A DNA stretch of 64,000 nucleotides from a virus: the IMG/VR virus record IMGVR_UViG_3300017971_000203; one strand, written 5' to 3'. Below are positions 17,030 through 27,001 of the stretch, piece by piece. Every line of letters starts with the position of its first letter. Within the stretch, counting starts at the first letter, position 1. The notes beneath the pieces were generated by a model, which saw nothing but the letters and a program-made list of their open reading frames with translations, was not told the origin of the DNA and ran no database searches. Position numbers and translations under genes: made by a program.

Positions 17030-18679
17030 TCAGGCCCCCGGGGGCAGCAGCGGCCTGAGATCCTCAAGTGAACATGATAATCCGTTGTAGCCCCCGGAAT
17101 CCTCGGAGACGAGTTGACGCCCGCCCCTCGGCTTCGGCCACGGCTCCTCTTCGTCGCGCGGCGTGCCTCTAAGACCACCGCCGAACTCTTCGCTCAGCCG
17201 TGCAGCAAGCTGCCGCACAGACTCTCTTCCTCTCTTCTTCGGCCGACTCTCCTCGATGAGAGCATCGACCTCTTCCTTGGAGTCGATCGACTGGACCGAC
17301 TCCAGGATGGACCGGATCTTGTGCGCGTGCGGATTCGTATGCAGACGCTGCTCGGCGTACAGGCGAAGACCTGTGACCTTCAGGGCCTCCAGAGCCTTCT
17401 CCAGAGCCAACTCGAGCTTCCCACTGCGCTCAATGAGCTCGGCCCTCTCTTCCTGCGCCTTCTCGTGCCGCGCTTCCTGCAGAGACGCGAGGTCCCCCAG
17501 CTCAGCCAGCGCTGCGTCCACACGCTCCTGGAACTCTTCCACGGAAGCGTACTCCGTGACATCCCCGACTAGCCGCCTCACGCGATTGGCCTGTGGGTGC
17601 CCAGAGACAGCCCGCTCGAGGTAGCAGAGATAGCCGGCCACCTGGGCGGCCTCCATCATCTCTTCCACCTCCTCCTGGAGCTCCTCGATCCGGGCATCCC
17701 GCTCTTCCAGCTGCGCCCGGAGGTCCGCCAGCTCTGCGTCCTTTGCAGCCAGGACATCCACGGACTCCTCGGACAGCATGAACGGACTCAAGATTTGGGA
17801 GATCTGCTCGAGCGCCAGGGCCTTCTGCGTCTCCGCCGGGTCCGCCGAAAACTCCTCCCGGACCTGCTCCTCGACCTGCGCCCGAATTTCGCCCATGCGG
17901 GACAAGAGCATCTCGGAGAGCTTCGCCTCCATCTCGTCCCGGACCTGGACCTTCGCGATCTCGAGGGTGTCGTCATCGACGCCCTCGACGTGCACATCCG
18001 GCACCTCTTCGGTCAGCGGCGTCACCTTGAGCTCCACGCCCTCGAAGAGGAACCTGCCGGAACCGGTATCGACATCTTCGCTCACGAGCTCGGGGTAGGC
18101 ATCCTGGTCCGCAGGATCCGCAACGAAATCGAACGCGACAAGCCGGTAGTCCTCCTGGACCACGTCCTGCCCGCGCTGGTTGGGCTTGGTTGTCCCGTAG
18201 CCCCTGGAGCTGACGCCCACGCGGCAACCGCTCCTGAGAAGAGCCGCGAGGTCCTTGCCCCGGCTGGTGGGAAGAATCTCGGCTTCACCGTAGATCTTCC
18301 CGTCCTGGCCAACGGTCAAGTTGGTGATGATATGAGATACGCGGGAGAGCGCGGTCTTTCCATCGGAGGGGTGATCGAGCTCTCCGAACACCTTCCGCTG
18401 ACCGAAGCTGCTCTCGAGACGCTTGATCTCACGCTCCCAGAGGGGCAGCGGGTAAAGGCGCTTGTTCTCTGTCGCCTCGTCATACCGCCCGAACTCTCCA
18501 CGAACACGAACACGACCAGTACGCTTGTCCTCCAGAATCTCCAGAGGGGCCAGCTCGTCCAGAAACTCGCGAAGTACGGGAAGGTCGCCGTTGATGGCAA
18601 CGGAGTCCTCTGTCAGCACCTTGTCCGCCATTTGTCCTGCCTCCGAAACCGGCAAGCTGGTTTGTTGGACGCCCGCCAT
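17030..18679 (-). CDS. Prohead protease (gp21-like) fused to coiled-coil scaffold
   Basis: NKRLYP, GELDHP, GVSSRG and FDFVADP motifs; acidic coiled-coil C-terminal half. Confidence 0.92.
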   Translation of the reverse strand: MAGVQQTSLPVSEAGQMADKVLTEDSVAINGDLPVLREFLDELAPLEILEDKRTGRVRVRGEFGRYDEATENKRLYPLPLWEREIKRLESSFGQRKVFGELDHPSDGKTALSRVSHIITNLTVGQDGKIYGEAEILPTSRGKDLAALLRSGCRVGVSSRGYGTTKPNQRGQDVVQEDYRLVAFDFVADPADQDAYPELVSEDVDTGSGRFLFEGVELKVTPLTEEVPDVHVEGVDDDTLEIAKVQVRDEMEAKLSEMLLSRMGEIRAQVEEQVREEFSADPAETQKALALEQISQILSPFMLSEESVDVLAAKDAELADLRAQLEERDARIEELQEEVEEMMEAAQVAGYLCYLERAVSGHPQANRVRRLVGDVTEYASVEEFQERVDAALAELGDLASLQEARHEKAQEERAELIERSGKLELALEKALEALKVTGLRLYAEQRLHTNPHAHKIRSILESVQSIDSKEEVDALIEESRPKKRGRESVRQLAARLSEEFGGGLRGTPRDEEEPWPKPRGGRQLVSEDSGGYNGLSCSLEDLRPLLPPGA

Positions 18680-18688
18680 TTCAATCCC

Positions 18689-18865
18689 TCAGTACCTTCG
18701 CCACCGGAAGACCCCCTTGAAGGGCGTGTAGTCAAGAGCCGATTTCGACTTCTTTTTCACCTTCCGGGTTTTCCGTCGCTTCGACGATTCGAAGCCGATG
18801 AGCTCCTTCCGTCCGCTGCTGTACGCCGACCGCCTTCTACGCCAAGACTTGGCGCGACGGCCCAC
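18689..18865 (-). CDS. 58-aa highly basic protein (below ORF-track cutoff)
   Basis: GTG after GAGGAGG: MGRRAKSWRRRRSAYSSGRKELIGFESSKRRKTRKVKKKSKSALDYTPFKGVFRWRRY; fills the intergenic gap. Confidence 0.65.
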   Translation of the reverse strand: MGRRAKSWRRRRSAYSSGRKELIGFESSKRRKTRKVKKKSKSALDYTPFKGVFRWRRY

Positions 18866-18867
18866 GG

Positions 18868-19905
18868 TCAGTTTCCCTCCTCGTCCTCCTCGTTCTTCTC
18901 ACCCTCGTCGTCGTGGCCCTTGCCGCACTTCTCGGCCAGGCCGGGATCGCCCGTGAGGCTCTCGTAGAGCTCCGCGCCATCGAGGAGGTGCTTCATCTGA
19001 CGCTGGAACGCCTCGACGATCTCAGCGTCTTCGGCAGAGAACTCCTCTTCCTCGAGGCCTTCCGCGAGTGACCCCGCTGCCACGCCAAGCTTCGCATACG
19101 CAGCTGCGAGCTCATCGTAGCGTTGCCCCTTGTCCTCCTGATGGAACTGGGCGAACGCCTCGGAGAGCAACCCCGAGATCTCCTCGATGAAACGGAAGCT
19201 CTTGATCGCGTCGTCGGACCGACCATCGTCCACTTCGCCCACGAGGCCTTCGATCCCCTCGATGAGGTTCGCAACCTTCGTGTCCGCGGACATCCCGAGC
19301 ACGCCCGTGAGGCGCTTCTTGCCCTTCTTCAGGACGTCGCCGAACTTCTTCTTGATCTTCGCGTACTTCTTGGCAAATCGACGACCGAGCCCGGACTTGC
19401 GGAACTTCTTGGAAGCCCGCGCCAGAGCGGCCTTCTTTCCACGACGTCCTTTCTTGCGCTCACGGGCCTTCTTGCGCGCTTCGGCACCGAACATCTTCTT
19501 GAGGAACTTGAACTCCACCAGGGGCAGTTCATTGTCCTCACAGAAGCTCTTGAGAGCACGCCCCATGTCCTCTTCACTGAGGTCATCGGGATCGATGTCG
19601 GCTTCTTCGAAAGCCTCGAGAACACCGAGTGCCAAATCGAGGCGCTCTTCGGTGTACTCCTCCTCCTGGAAGAGATCCATGAGGTCTTCGACGACCCTAT
19701 CTTCCTCTTCCCCGAGGTACTGCTGGAGCTCCTCCTCGGTGAACTCGGCACCCTCGCCTTCGAAGTCCTCCGCGGTCTGCGCCTCGACATCGTCGTCTTC
19801 ATAGTCAGAAGCGTTCCCCTCCGCGAGGACTTGTTTCCTCGGGAGTTGAAGCCCCAGCGCTTCGAAGTCTTCCTTCAGAGATGGCACCACGATGTTGGTC
19901 GGCAT
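18868..19905 (-). CDS. Prohead core/scaffold protein
   Basis: Acidic with a central Lys/Arg block; between portal and protease, like T4 gp67/gp68. Confidence 0.6.
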   Translation of the reverse strand: MPTNIVVPSLKEDFEALGLQLPRKQVLAEGNASDYEDDDVEAQTAEDFEGEGAEFTEEELQQYLGEEEDRVVEDLMDLFQEEEYTEERLDLALGVLEAFEEADIDPDDLSEEDMGRALKSFCEDNELPLVEFKFLKKMFGAEARKKARERKKGRRGKKAALARASKKFRKSGLGRRFAKKYAKIKKKFGDVLKKGKKRLTGVLGMSADTKVANLIEGIEGLVGEVDDGRSDDAIKSFRFIEEISGLLSEAFAQFHQEDKGQRYDELAAAYAKLGVAAGSLAEGLEEEEFSAEDAEIVEAFQRQMKHLLDGAELYESLTGDPGLAEKCGKGHDDEGEKNEEDEEGN

Positions 19906-19914
19906 TCTGTCCTC

Positions 19915-20820
19915 CTACTCTCCTGCGGCCTCCCACCTCTGCGCGACCGCTGCGATGAACTGTACTGCTACATCAAGGTCGGGGAGTCTCTCCGCCGTTG
20001 CTTTGCAAAGCCTACTGAGAGCCGCTTCTTCCTGCAACTGCTGCGAGGCCTCTCGGAGAGAGCGACGAACGTCATCGAGGTTCAAAGCCAGGTCCTCACA
20101 GAACGCTTCGAAGGAGTCCTCGAGACCGCCCGAAAACGCTGCCCTTTCGGACAACTGCTCCAACGAGCATCCCACCGTGGCTAACAACTCGTCAAGACCT
20201 TCGACCAGCTTTTCAGCATACTCAACTACCGAAGTATACTCGCTTTTTCCTGCAATCCCCCGGAAATACTTGATTTCGGACGCTTCGCACTCGTCAAGTC
20301 CGTCCGAAAGAAAGCTCTCGATGGCTCCCCTCTTGTCTTCGATGAGGGACAACCAGGGGCGCTCGGACCCTAGATGTGCCTCAATGAGGCCTTCCACGAG
20401 CTCCATCTCCGAAGGAGGCTTCGGGGGCACCAATGACGCCACTTCCAGGAGGCGGTCGAAGGCTGCCTCCGAGTCCCCCTCCAAAAAGGAAGAGACCGCT
20501 TTCCCAACCTCTTCTTCGACGTGCTCCCACACGTTCTCTTCTTTCACCACTGGGAGGTCAACCTCTGACCAGCGCTGTACGACCAGCTCACCGTCATTCC
20601 TCTCGAGCATGACCAGCCCGAAGCGCCCGTCCTCGGACACGACAAAGACGTGATCCTCGAACGTCGCCACTCGACTGAAGCGGACACCGTCCTCGAAGAC
20701 CGCCTCTTGAGACGACCGAAGAGCGTTGTCCACGGCGGCCAGATGCCTCTCGTAACTCTTCCCGTTGAGATGGAGAGTTTCGAGCACCTCCGACTTGACG
20801 AAGAACTTGTTTGAGCTCAC
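19915..20820 (-). CDS. Acidic hypothetical head-module protein
   Basis: Overlaps the portal stop; tiles the operon. Confidence 0.6.
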   Translation of the reverse strand: MSSNKFFVKSEVLETLHLNGKSYERHLAAVDNALRSSQEAVFEDGVRFSRVATFEDHVFVVSEDGRFGLVMLERNDGELVVQRWSEVDLPVVKEENVWEHVEEEVGKAVSSFLEGDSEAAFDRLLEVASLVPPKPPSEMELVEGLIEAHLGSERPWLSLIEDKRGAIESFLSDGLDECEASEIKYFRGIAGKSEYTSVVEYAEKLVEGLDELLATVGCSLEQLSERAAFSGGLEDSFEAFCEDLALNLDDVRRSLREASQQLQEEAALSRLCKATAERLPDLDVAVQFIAAVAQRWEAAGE

Positions 20821-22580
20821 CGGGCAGCCCTTCCACGATGAGAGTAGTGCAGATCTTGGACGAGACCCCGGAGTTGATTCACCTTCCGGGAGATAGCGTA
20901 GTTGCTACGGAGCATCTGGTCAATTTGGCCCTTCGCCCGCCGCTCGGCGGCCCGATTCCCGGCCTCCAACTCCTGCAAAGTGATACCAGGCGACACAGGA
21001 CTGCGCAAACCCAGCAGCGACGGGACTTGCGGGAGGGGCCGCGACATCATCATGCCGCCACCGCCCATTCCCATAGTATGCTTCTGCATCGTAGCATCAG
21101 CCCGACCCTGCACATCTGACTGCTGAATGAGCTCGTGCTCACGCTCCGAAACAACCGTCTTGATCTCGTCTTCGTTCAGATTGTAAACGTTCTCGAGCAC
21201 CCACCTCAGACTCACGTGCTCACGCACTCTCGAAGCGAAGTCGGCCCGGGCGTTCTTCACCTCGAGCTGCGCCAACTCGAAGATCGAAGAGGGCACCGTG
21301 AACCGAACATCGAACTCCACCGCATCCGGCGGAATACCAATTGCAGCCAGGTGCACGCGGAAAATCTTCTCCACGCCCAGCCGCAAGTCCTGCTGAACCC
21401 GCAGGATCGTCCGAGCAAAACGGACATCCTCGCTCGATAGAATGGCCCGGTTCACGCCCTCTTCCTGAGAGAGGTACGCTTTCGGCACGTGGAGAGACCC
21501 AAAGAGCTTGTTCAAGAAGTACTCGATGTCCTCCATGTGCTGCCACGAGGGGCCCCCGAGAACTTCCACGCGCGTCGCTTCCGCACCATTCACCACCGGG
21601 ATGAAGATGTCCTCGTCCTGGGCCAGCATGTCCAGCTTGAGATCCAGCTTGTTCGTCCGGGGGTTGATGTACTTCTTCTTCTTGTACTGCTGCCGCACCG
21701 TGTGGAGCAATCTGAGCGCTTCGTTCAGCGGCCGGTTCCCAACATCCACGTAAAAGGCGTAGCGCTCAGGAGCTCTCTGCAGACGGTAGATCAGAGCGGC
21801 GTCTTCCAGCAGGATGAGCCGCTTCCAGATCCAGCGGGCGGGCTCGAGTACGGAATATCCGTACACGGACCTACGGTGTTTCCCTCTGTGCCTGAAATGA
21901 GCGACCTGCCACGGCTCGAACGGGATGACACCCTCGTAACCCACCGTCTTCGTCGGCCCGAAACGGTCCGAAGAGCCCTTCGTCTGAAGGCGCTTCGTGA
22001 CCAAATCGTGGAACTCTTTCGGGGTGTAGCCCACTCTCCGGTTGAAGTCCTGAACGAAGCCGTAGAGCTCGCCGCGGGGACCTTCCACGCGCCGCACTGT
22101 GTGCGTCGGAAGGTGGTTCAAGGCCACCACGCCGTCATCCGGGTGTACCACGATCTCCTCGTAGTCGTTCCCCATCTTGCACATCTGGCGCGAGATCGAC
22201 CACGAATCCTCCTCGAACCGGAGAACCCGGTGGAGGAAGTCGTTGCCGAGCTGTTGCAGGTCACGGTCCGGGCTCTCGATCCAGATCCGCCGATTCGTCG
22301 GGGTGTCCGGCTGGGTGGAGTCGTCCCCGTAGATGTTCAGGATGGCCGCGACCTCGCCGTAATCGTCCATCGACTCGTAGTCGACGAAACGGCTCATGAG
22401 GTCCTGCTCGAGGCGCAGGTAGTCCGCGACCACATCGAAGCCGTAGCTCTGGAGAAGGTCGAAGGAGCTCCCGGGGAGGAACGACGACGTCGCCCCCTGG
22501 GAAAGGCGCAACTGCGCCTGCTCCTTGTCTCGGACGAACAGTCTGCGCACGCGCTGTAGCGTGTCCCCGAGTGTGCTCAT
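20817..22580 (-). CDS. Portal protein (T4 gp20-like)
   Basis: LEDAALIYRLQRAPERYAFYVDVGN, EDIFIP and EDIEYF motifs. Confidence 0.95.
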   Translation of the reverse strand: MSTLGDTLQRVRRLFVRDKEQAQLRLSQGATSSFLPGSSFDLLQSYGFDVVADYLRLEQDLMSRFVDYESMDDYGEVAAILNIYGDDSTQPDTPTNRRIWIESPDRDLQQLGNDFLHRVLRFEEDSWSISRQMCKMGNDYEEIVVHPDDGVVALNHLPTHTVRRVEGPRGELYGFVQDFNRRVGYTPKEFHDLVTKRLQTKGSSDRFGPTKTVGYEGVIPFEPWQVAHFRHRGKHRRSVYGYSVLEPARWIWKRLILLEDAALIYRLQRAPERYAFYVDVGNRPLNEALRLLHTVRQQYKKKKYINPRTNKLDLKLDMLAQDEDIFIPVVNGAEATRVEVLGGPSWQHMEDIEYFLNKLFGSLHVPKAYLSQEEGVNRAILSSEDVRFARTILRVQQDLRLGVEKIFRVHLAAIGIPPDAVEFDVRFTVPSSIFELAQLEVKNARADFASRVREHVSLRWVLENVYNLNEDEIKTVVSEREHELIQQSDVQGRADATMQKHTMGMGGGGMMMSRPLPQVPSLLGLRSPVSPGITLQELEAGNRAAERRAKGQIDQMLRSNYAISRKVNQLRGLVQDLHYSHRGRAAR

Positions 22581-22581
22581 A

Positions 22582-22917
22582 TCAGCCCCTCATAGACAGT
22601 TGCCGCACAAACGCGACCACAAACTCATCCGAGTTGGCCCGGATGGCTTTCGACAGCTTGTTCGCGACGATCCCCGGCAGCTGCTCCATCTCGCCGTAGT
22701 CCGCCGGCCGAAGCCCGACCGACTCCAACCCGGCCGCGACAGCCTGCGCCGCCAGAACGGCCGACTGCCGGACCACGTCGTCATACGGCAGAAGAGAAGC
22801 CACCTCCGCCGCCCTGTCCGCATCGACCTTCGCCGGGGACAAAGCCCGGAAGCCAGCGTGACGGACGCCGAAAACGCCTTCGAGGACCTGCTTCACATCT
22901 TCAGGTGGACCAGCCAT
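22582..22917 (-). CDS. Hypothetical protein
   Basis: Translationally coupled between terminase and portal. Confidence 0.6.
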   Translation of the reverse strand: MAGPPEDVKQVLEGVFGVRHAGFRALSPAKVDADRAAEVASLLPYDDVVRQSAVLAAQAVAAGLESVGLRPADYGEMEQLPGIVANKLSKAIRANSDEFVVAFVRQLSMRG

Positions 22918-25900
22918 CAGAAAGGTATGTCCGTTCCGCTTTGGATGAAGAAGTCCAGCACCGGGTCATTCTCCAGACTCGGCGACCGCAACTCCTCGTT
23001 CGCCAGCGCCGCTTGGTAGCCGGCTTCCAGTGCATGTTGCTGCTCTGCCATCCAGGGCATCGCATCAGGGTCGGCGTGGGTTGAGATGCCCTTGAGCATC
23101 GCGATCGGCATCTGCACAGGCTGCTGCAGCAGAGAGTACAAGCACCCCGCAAGTGCATCGGACACATCCTTCGACCCGCCGTCCGGCTTCGTGACCTTCC
23201 GCCTCTCCCAATCCGCCTCGAGACCACGCAGCTGAGAGAACAACGGTTCATAGTAGTAGCAAGACACCCGGTCTTCGTACAGGGCCGACTTCACATTCTG
23301 GTAAGGATCCCAGGTTCTGTCCATGCTGACCTGGCTCGTAGAGAAACCAGCCTTGTCCAGCTGCTGCAGACTCTCAATAGCCTGCCACTGGTCCATGGAC
23401 ACGCTCCGCACCGGATACCCGTGCTCGACGAACTCGTAGATCAGCTTCCGGTACAGCGCAAAGTCCAGCTCTCCTCCGACCGGGGGCACGATCTCGAGAA
23501 CGAAGTCCACCACGAACAGAGGGGCCTCGTCCGGGTACGCCGCCAGCTTCGAATCCCTGCGCTGGACCCGCTTCGTCCCCGCGATGTGGCCCATGCAGAA
23601 CCCGGCAGAGCAGTTGTTGAGAGCGGGGTCGATGTGCACGTGACGGACAGCGTGGGGGTTGAGCTTCGGCTGCAACACCGTCACCCAGCGCCCCTTCGGA
23701 TCCCGAACCTTCACCTTCTCGACCAGCTTCGACCAAACGACCCCGCCACCCTTCGACGGGTCCAAGACCTCGTGCGTAAAGGGGTGCTCGCGGGTGTCGT
23801 CCTTCATACCCAAAATCTTGTGGATCCGGTGAATGAACGGAGACATCGCGACCGTGGCCACCCCAGCGAAGTCCCGGATGCCGCCCTCCAAGTCGCCTTC
23901 GAAGTCCAACCGGAAGTCGTCCGGCACCTCGATGAGGACCGTCCGCTCTGGGGTGTTCTCCTGCAGGACCTTGAGCTCGAACTCGTCCTCCACGAACTTG
24001 CTCGGAATCTGCTCGTTCCCGCACAAGACAAAGAAGCTGTTGTCCATGCTGTGGTCTGGCTGCACATCCCAGAGGGAATAGTCCCGAACAAACACAGTAG
24101 GATCCGCCTTCGCCTTCCCGATCCGCTTCGCGAGGAAAGAGTCCCGGGTCGACTTCGACGACGGCAGGAAGAGCTTCCACTGCCTGCGATACCGAGAGAT
24201 GAGCCGGCGCCGCAGGTTGTCGTAGATGTCCTTCGCCATGTTCACCACGCCGAAACGGTTGTCGTCCTTGCGGGAACGCCGCTTCGGCATGAAATTGGTC
24301 TCGTCGATGAGCGCCGCGATGGGAGACATACCCAGGGCGCTCCGGGGCGTCGTGGCCTTCGCGACCACCAGAACGTTGTTCGGGAACCGGATGTTCTTCT
24401 GCGTGGCCCGAAACGGGAAGTGCTCCGCGAAGTAGGGCGAAGCAGCGATCTTCCCGATGACGTTCTTGAGCACGACCTCTTTCGCGAGGTCCTCACTGGC
24501 GGAGAAGCCTGCCACAGACACAGGCGTGTCCGCGCCGACACCCAGGGCTCTCTGAGGATCGTGCATGCACGAGAGCTCGTAGAGCACCCGACAGATGCCA
24601 ATAGAACTCACGAAAGTGTTGTGAATGACCACCCCGTTCGCTACGAAGTTGTGGTCTCCAGGAACACTCAGGTCGAACACCTCCCGAACACCTGAATCCT
24701 CAACGCTCCGAACACGCTCCCATAGAATGTCCGACCCTGCATACCAGGCCCACTCCCCCGAGTATCCGGTAGCGTCCACAAACGCCTCAAAGCGACTGCG
24801 ACTGCTGTGACGCCCTCCCAGAGCGAACCGCTTCTTCAGCCCGCACCCCCGATCTCCAAGTTCTTCAAACGCCGCAGATAGGCGCGCCTTGTCGACAGGC
24901 ACCACATCCGTATTCGTCGACTCCCGAACGGAAGACACCGAAAAGCAGGCGTCCCGTAGAGCCGCGCTAGCGCTCTCCTTCCCCTTGATATCCCCGAGGC
25001 GCTCCAGAAACCTCAAAACGGCCGAGCGACCACTGACGCTGAGCCGATAGGCCATCGAAGACCGCTTCTCCCCGAGATGCGTGTAAGTCTTCCGACAGGG
25101 CGCATGACGGGAAGGAATACCCAAACGAAGGAGAAGAAACTGGATGTCCCGTACCATGCGCTCCGAGGCAAGCGTTATCTCCGCCGTCCTGTTGTGCAGG
25201 TTCAGATGACCATCACACGACCAGATCCGGTTGAGGAACAGCGCTAGCTGGTCCTCCGGTAAACCGTAGAAAGCGGCCGGAACGCGCTTCCCCGCAGCGG
25301 TGTGCGCGAGATCGTACCTCTCTACAATCCACTTCATGCCGCGCGAACGATACGTAGTCGCCTGACCCGAGTTCGCATCCTTGACCGGAACAGCCGAGGA
25401 AAGAGAGGGGTCGGTCATCCGGGCTCGATCCGCGAGGCGCTCCGTACACTCCGCGTACTCTTTCAACACTTCCGGCTGCATATTCGTGAACGTGGGCATC
25501 GGACCCGTACACCCGCCGTCCGCCAGGAGATAGCCCACCACCTTCACCTCGTCGTCCGATACCGTCGGACCACTATCCGGGGAGGGCAAGGAGCGCGGGG
25601 TCGCAACCAGATCCGACACAGATATCGACTCGGCAGGGAGCCACCCACGCCCTGTCAATACGGGGTGATCTGTACTCAGAACAAGGGACTGCCCACTCAT
25701 CAACCGCAGTGTCACGCACGGCTTCCTGCCCGAAGGGAACGCGGTAGCGTCCGACACTCGAGACCTTCCCTCGGCGGAAAAAGACTGCACCTTGAGCGCC
25801 TCCAGGTCGCGGACGCGGGAGCGCCGCCCTGTAGAGACGTCGAACACTTCCGTGTCCCCATCGACACACTTCCCGTACCCGATAGCCCCCGTGAAGATGA

Positions 25901-26231
25901 TCTCGTTGTAGTCGCCCTGGAAAATCTCCACGAGATCGTCATAGAGCTTCGGATAGAGGACGTCGCAGGTCTCCCCGAGGTAGTAGGGGTCGTAGACGAA
26001 AGTGTGCATGTCGACCAGAGGGCGCTTGTAGTGCGCGCTGGTCATCGAATCAATCAGCCGGTCGCCTTCCCCGAGGAAGTCGAACTCCGGATCGGACGTG
26101 GCCTCTTCCAGGATCTTGAACAGGACCGCACGCTCCTCCTCGGAGAAACTCTCGAGGTCCTTCATGATGAGCCCTTCCAGCTCATCAACGGTCTGCGTCG
26201 ACCACGCCCTTCCTTGACCCTCGTGAATCAT
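22917..26231 (-). CDS. terL: Terminase large subunit with intein
   Basis: Walker A GAIGYGK|T split by the intein; LIDE Walker B; RNase H-like HIDPA...SKDVSDA. Confidence 0.9.
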   Translation of the reverse strand: MIHEGQGRAWSTQTVDELEGLIMKDLESFSEEERAVLFKILEEATSDPEFDFLGEGDRLIDSMTSAHYKRPLVDMHTFVYDPYYLGETCDVLYPKLYDDLVEIFQGDYNEIIFTGAIGYGKCVDGDTEVFDVSTGRRSRVRDLEALKVQSFSAEGRSRVSDATAFPSGRKPCVTLRLMSGQSLVLSTDHPVLTGRGWLPAESISVSDLVATPRSLPSPDSGPTVSDDEVKVVGYLLADGGCTGPMPTFTNMQPEVLKEYAECTERLADRARMTDPSLSSAVPVKDANSGQATTYRSRGMKWIVERYDLAHTAAGKRVPAAFYGLPEDQLALFLNRIWSCDGHLNLHNRTAEITLASERMVRDIQFLLLRLGIPSRHAPCRKTYTHLGEKRSSMAYRLSVSGRSAVLRFLERLGDIKGKESASAALRDACFSVSSVRESTNTDVVPVDKARLSAAFEELGDRGCGLKKRFALGGRHSSRSRFEAFVDATGYSGEWAWYAGSDILWERVRSVEDSGVREVFDLSVPGDHNFVANGVVIHNTFVSSIGICRVLYELSCMHDPQRALGVGADTPVSVAGFSASEDLAKEVVLKNVIGKIAASPYFAEHFPFRATQKNIRFPNNVLVVAKATTPRSALGMSPIAALIDETNFMPKRRSRKDDNRFGVVNMAKDIYDNLRRRLISRYRRQWKLFLPSSKSTRDSFLAKRIGKAKADPTVFVRDYSLWDVQPDHSMDNSFFVLCGNEQIPSKFVEDEFELKVLQENTPERTVLIEVPDDFRLDFEGDLEGGIRDFAGVATVAMSPFIHRIHKILGMKDDTREHPFTHEVLDPSKGGGVVWSKLVEKVKVRDPKGRWVTVLQPKLNPHAVRHVHIDPALNNCSAGFCMGHIAGTKRVQRRDSKLAAYPDEAPLFVVDFVLEIVPPVGGELDFALYRKLIYEFVEHGYPVRSVSMDQWQAIESLQQLDKAGFSTSQVSMDRTWDPYQNVKSALYEDRVSCYYYEPLFSQLRGLEADWERRKVTKPDGGSKDVSDALAGCLYSLLQQPVQMPIAMLKGISTHADPDAMPWMAEQQHALEAGYQAALANEELRSPSLENDPVLDFFIQSGTDIPF
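24618..25868 (-). mobile_element. LAGLIDADG intein in TerL (417 aa)
   Basis: CVDGDT...VIHN|T; GYLLADG and RIWSCDG motifs. Confidence 0.92.
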
Positions 26232-26941
26232 GCCGCGCTTTCATCCTGGACGATCGAGCTGTCCTCCTCGGCCGCTTGTTCACGCTTCACCCCCAGGGCC
26301 AGCATCTTCTGCGCCATCCCGAGGACCCGCTGCCGCGACTTCGGATTCGATATGATCTCGGCCACAGGTGCGGGCTGCTGGTGCACCGCGACCTCCGCTG
26401 TGCCGAGGTTACGCTTCACAAGCCCGAAGTCCATCTGCACCTCGGCATAGGTCGCCAAGATCTCCCGGGCGCCCTTCACCTCACGGTGCGTTCCCGGAAG
26501 GAGCTTCCGAACGTTCTGCTCGATCTGGAAGTCGATCTCCACCCGCTTCATCTGCAGCGTGTACAGCCTCTTGAGCTCCTCCAGAACATCCAGGCCTTCT
26601 GTCACAGTCTCCACCGCCTTCTTGTGCAACGAAGGAAGCGCCTCCCGAACCAGCTCCTCTTTGGGGATGCTGTTCCGAACCTCCCGGAGAGCCCCCTCCA
26701 GGTGGCTGGGGTTCACATCGTTGAACAACCCGAGCCGCTCCTGAACGTACTCCACGGTCTTAGCCAAAGAGAAGCCCCGCACCATCGGCTCCTTGATCTT
26801 GGCGTACTCGGGATGCTCTGCAATCCGTAGCGCCAAGTGGTGCTCGATCTCATCCGGGCGGGTCGTCCGACTGATCGGCTTCATCGGCTTCGGGAGCCCG
26901 TCGATGAGCGGAATGTCCGAAATGTCTATGTTTCGAGGCAT
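26228..26941 (-). CDS. Probable terminase small subunit
   Basis: Helical protein directly upstream of and overlapping terL. Synteny only. Confidence 0.5.
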   Translation of the reverse strand: MPRNIDISDIPLIDGLPKPMKPISRTTRPDEIEHHLALRIAEHPEYAKIKEPMVRGFSLAKTVEYVQERLGLFNDVNPSHLEGALREVRNSIPKEELVREALPSLHKKAVETVTEGLDVLEELKRLYTLQMKRVEIDFQIEQNVRKLLPGTHREVKGAREILATYAEVQMDFGLVKRNLGTAEVAVHQQPAPVAEIISNPKSRQRVLGMAQKMLALGVKREQAAEEDSSIVQDESAA

Positions 26942-27001
26942 TGCAACCCTCCTTTGCTATCGCAAAGTGTACGGGTTACTCCGGCCTCTGTCGAATCGAC
27001 C

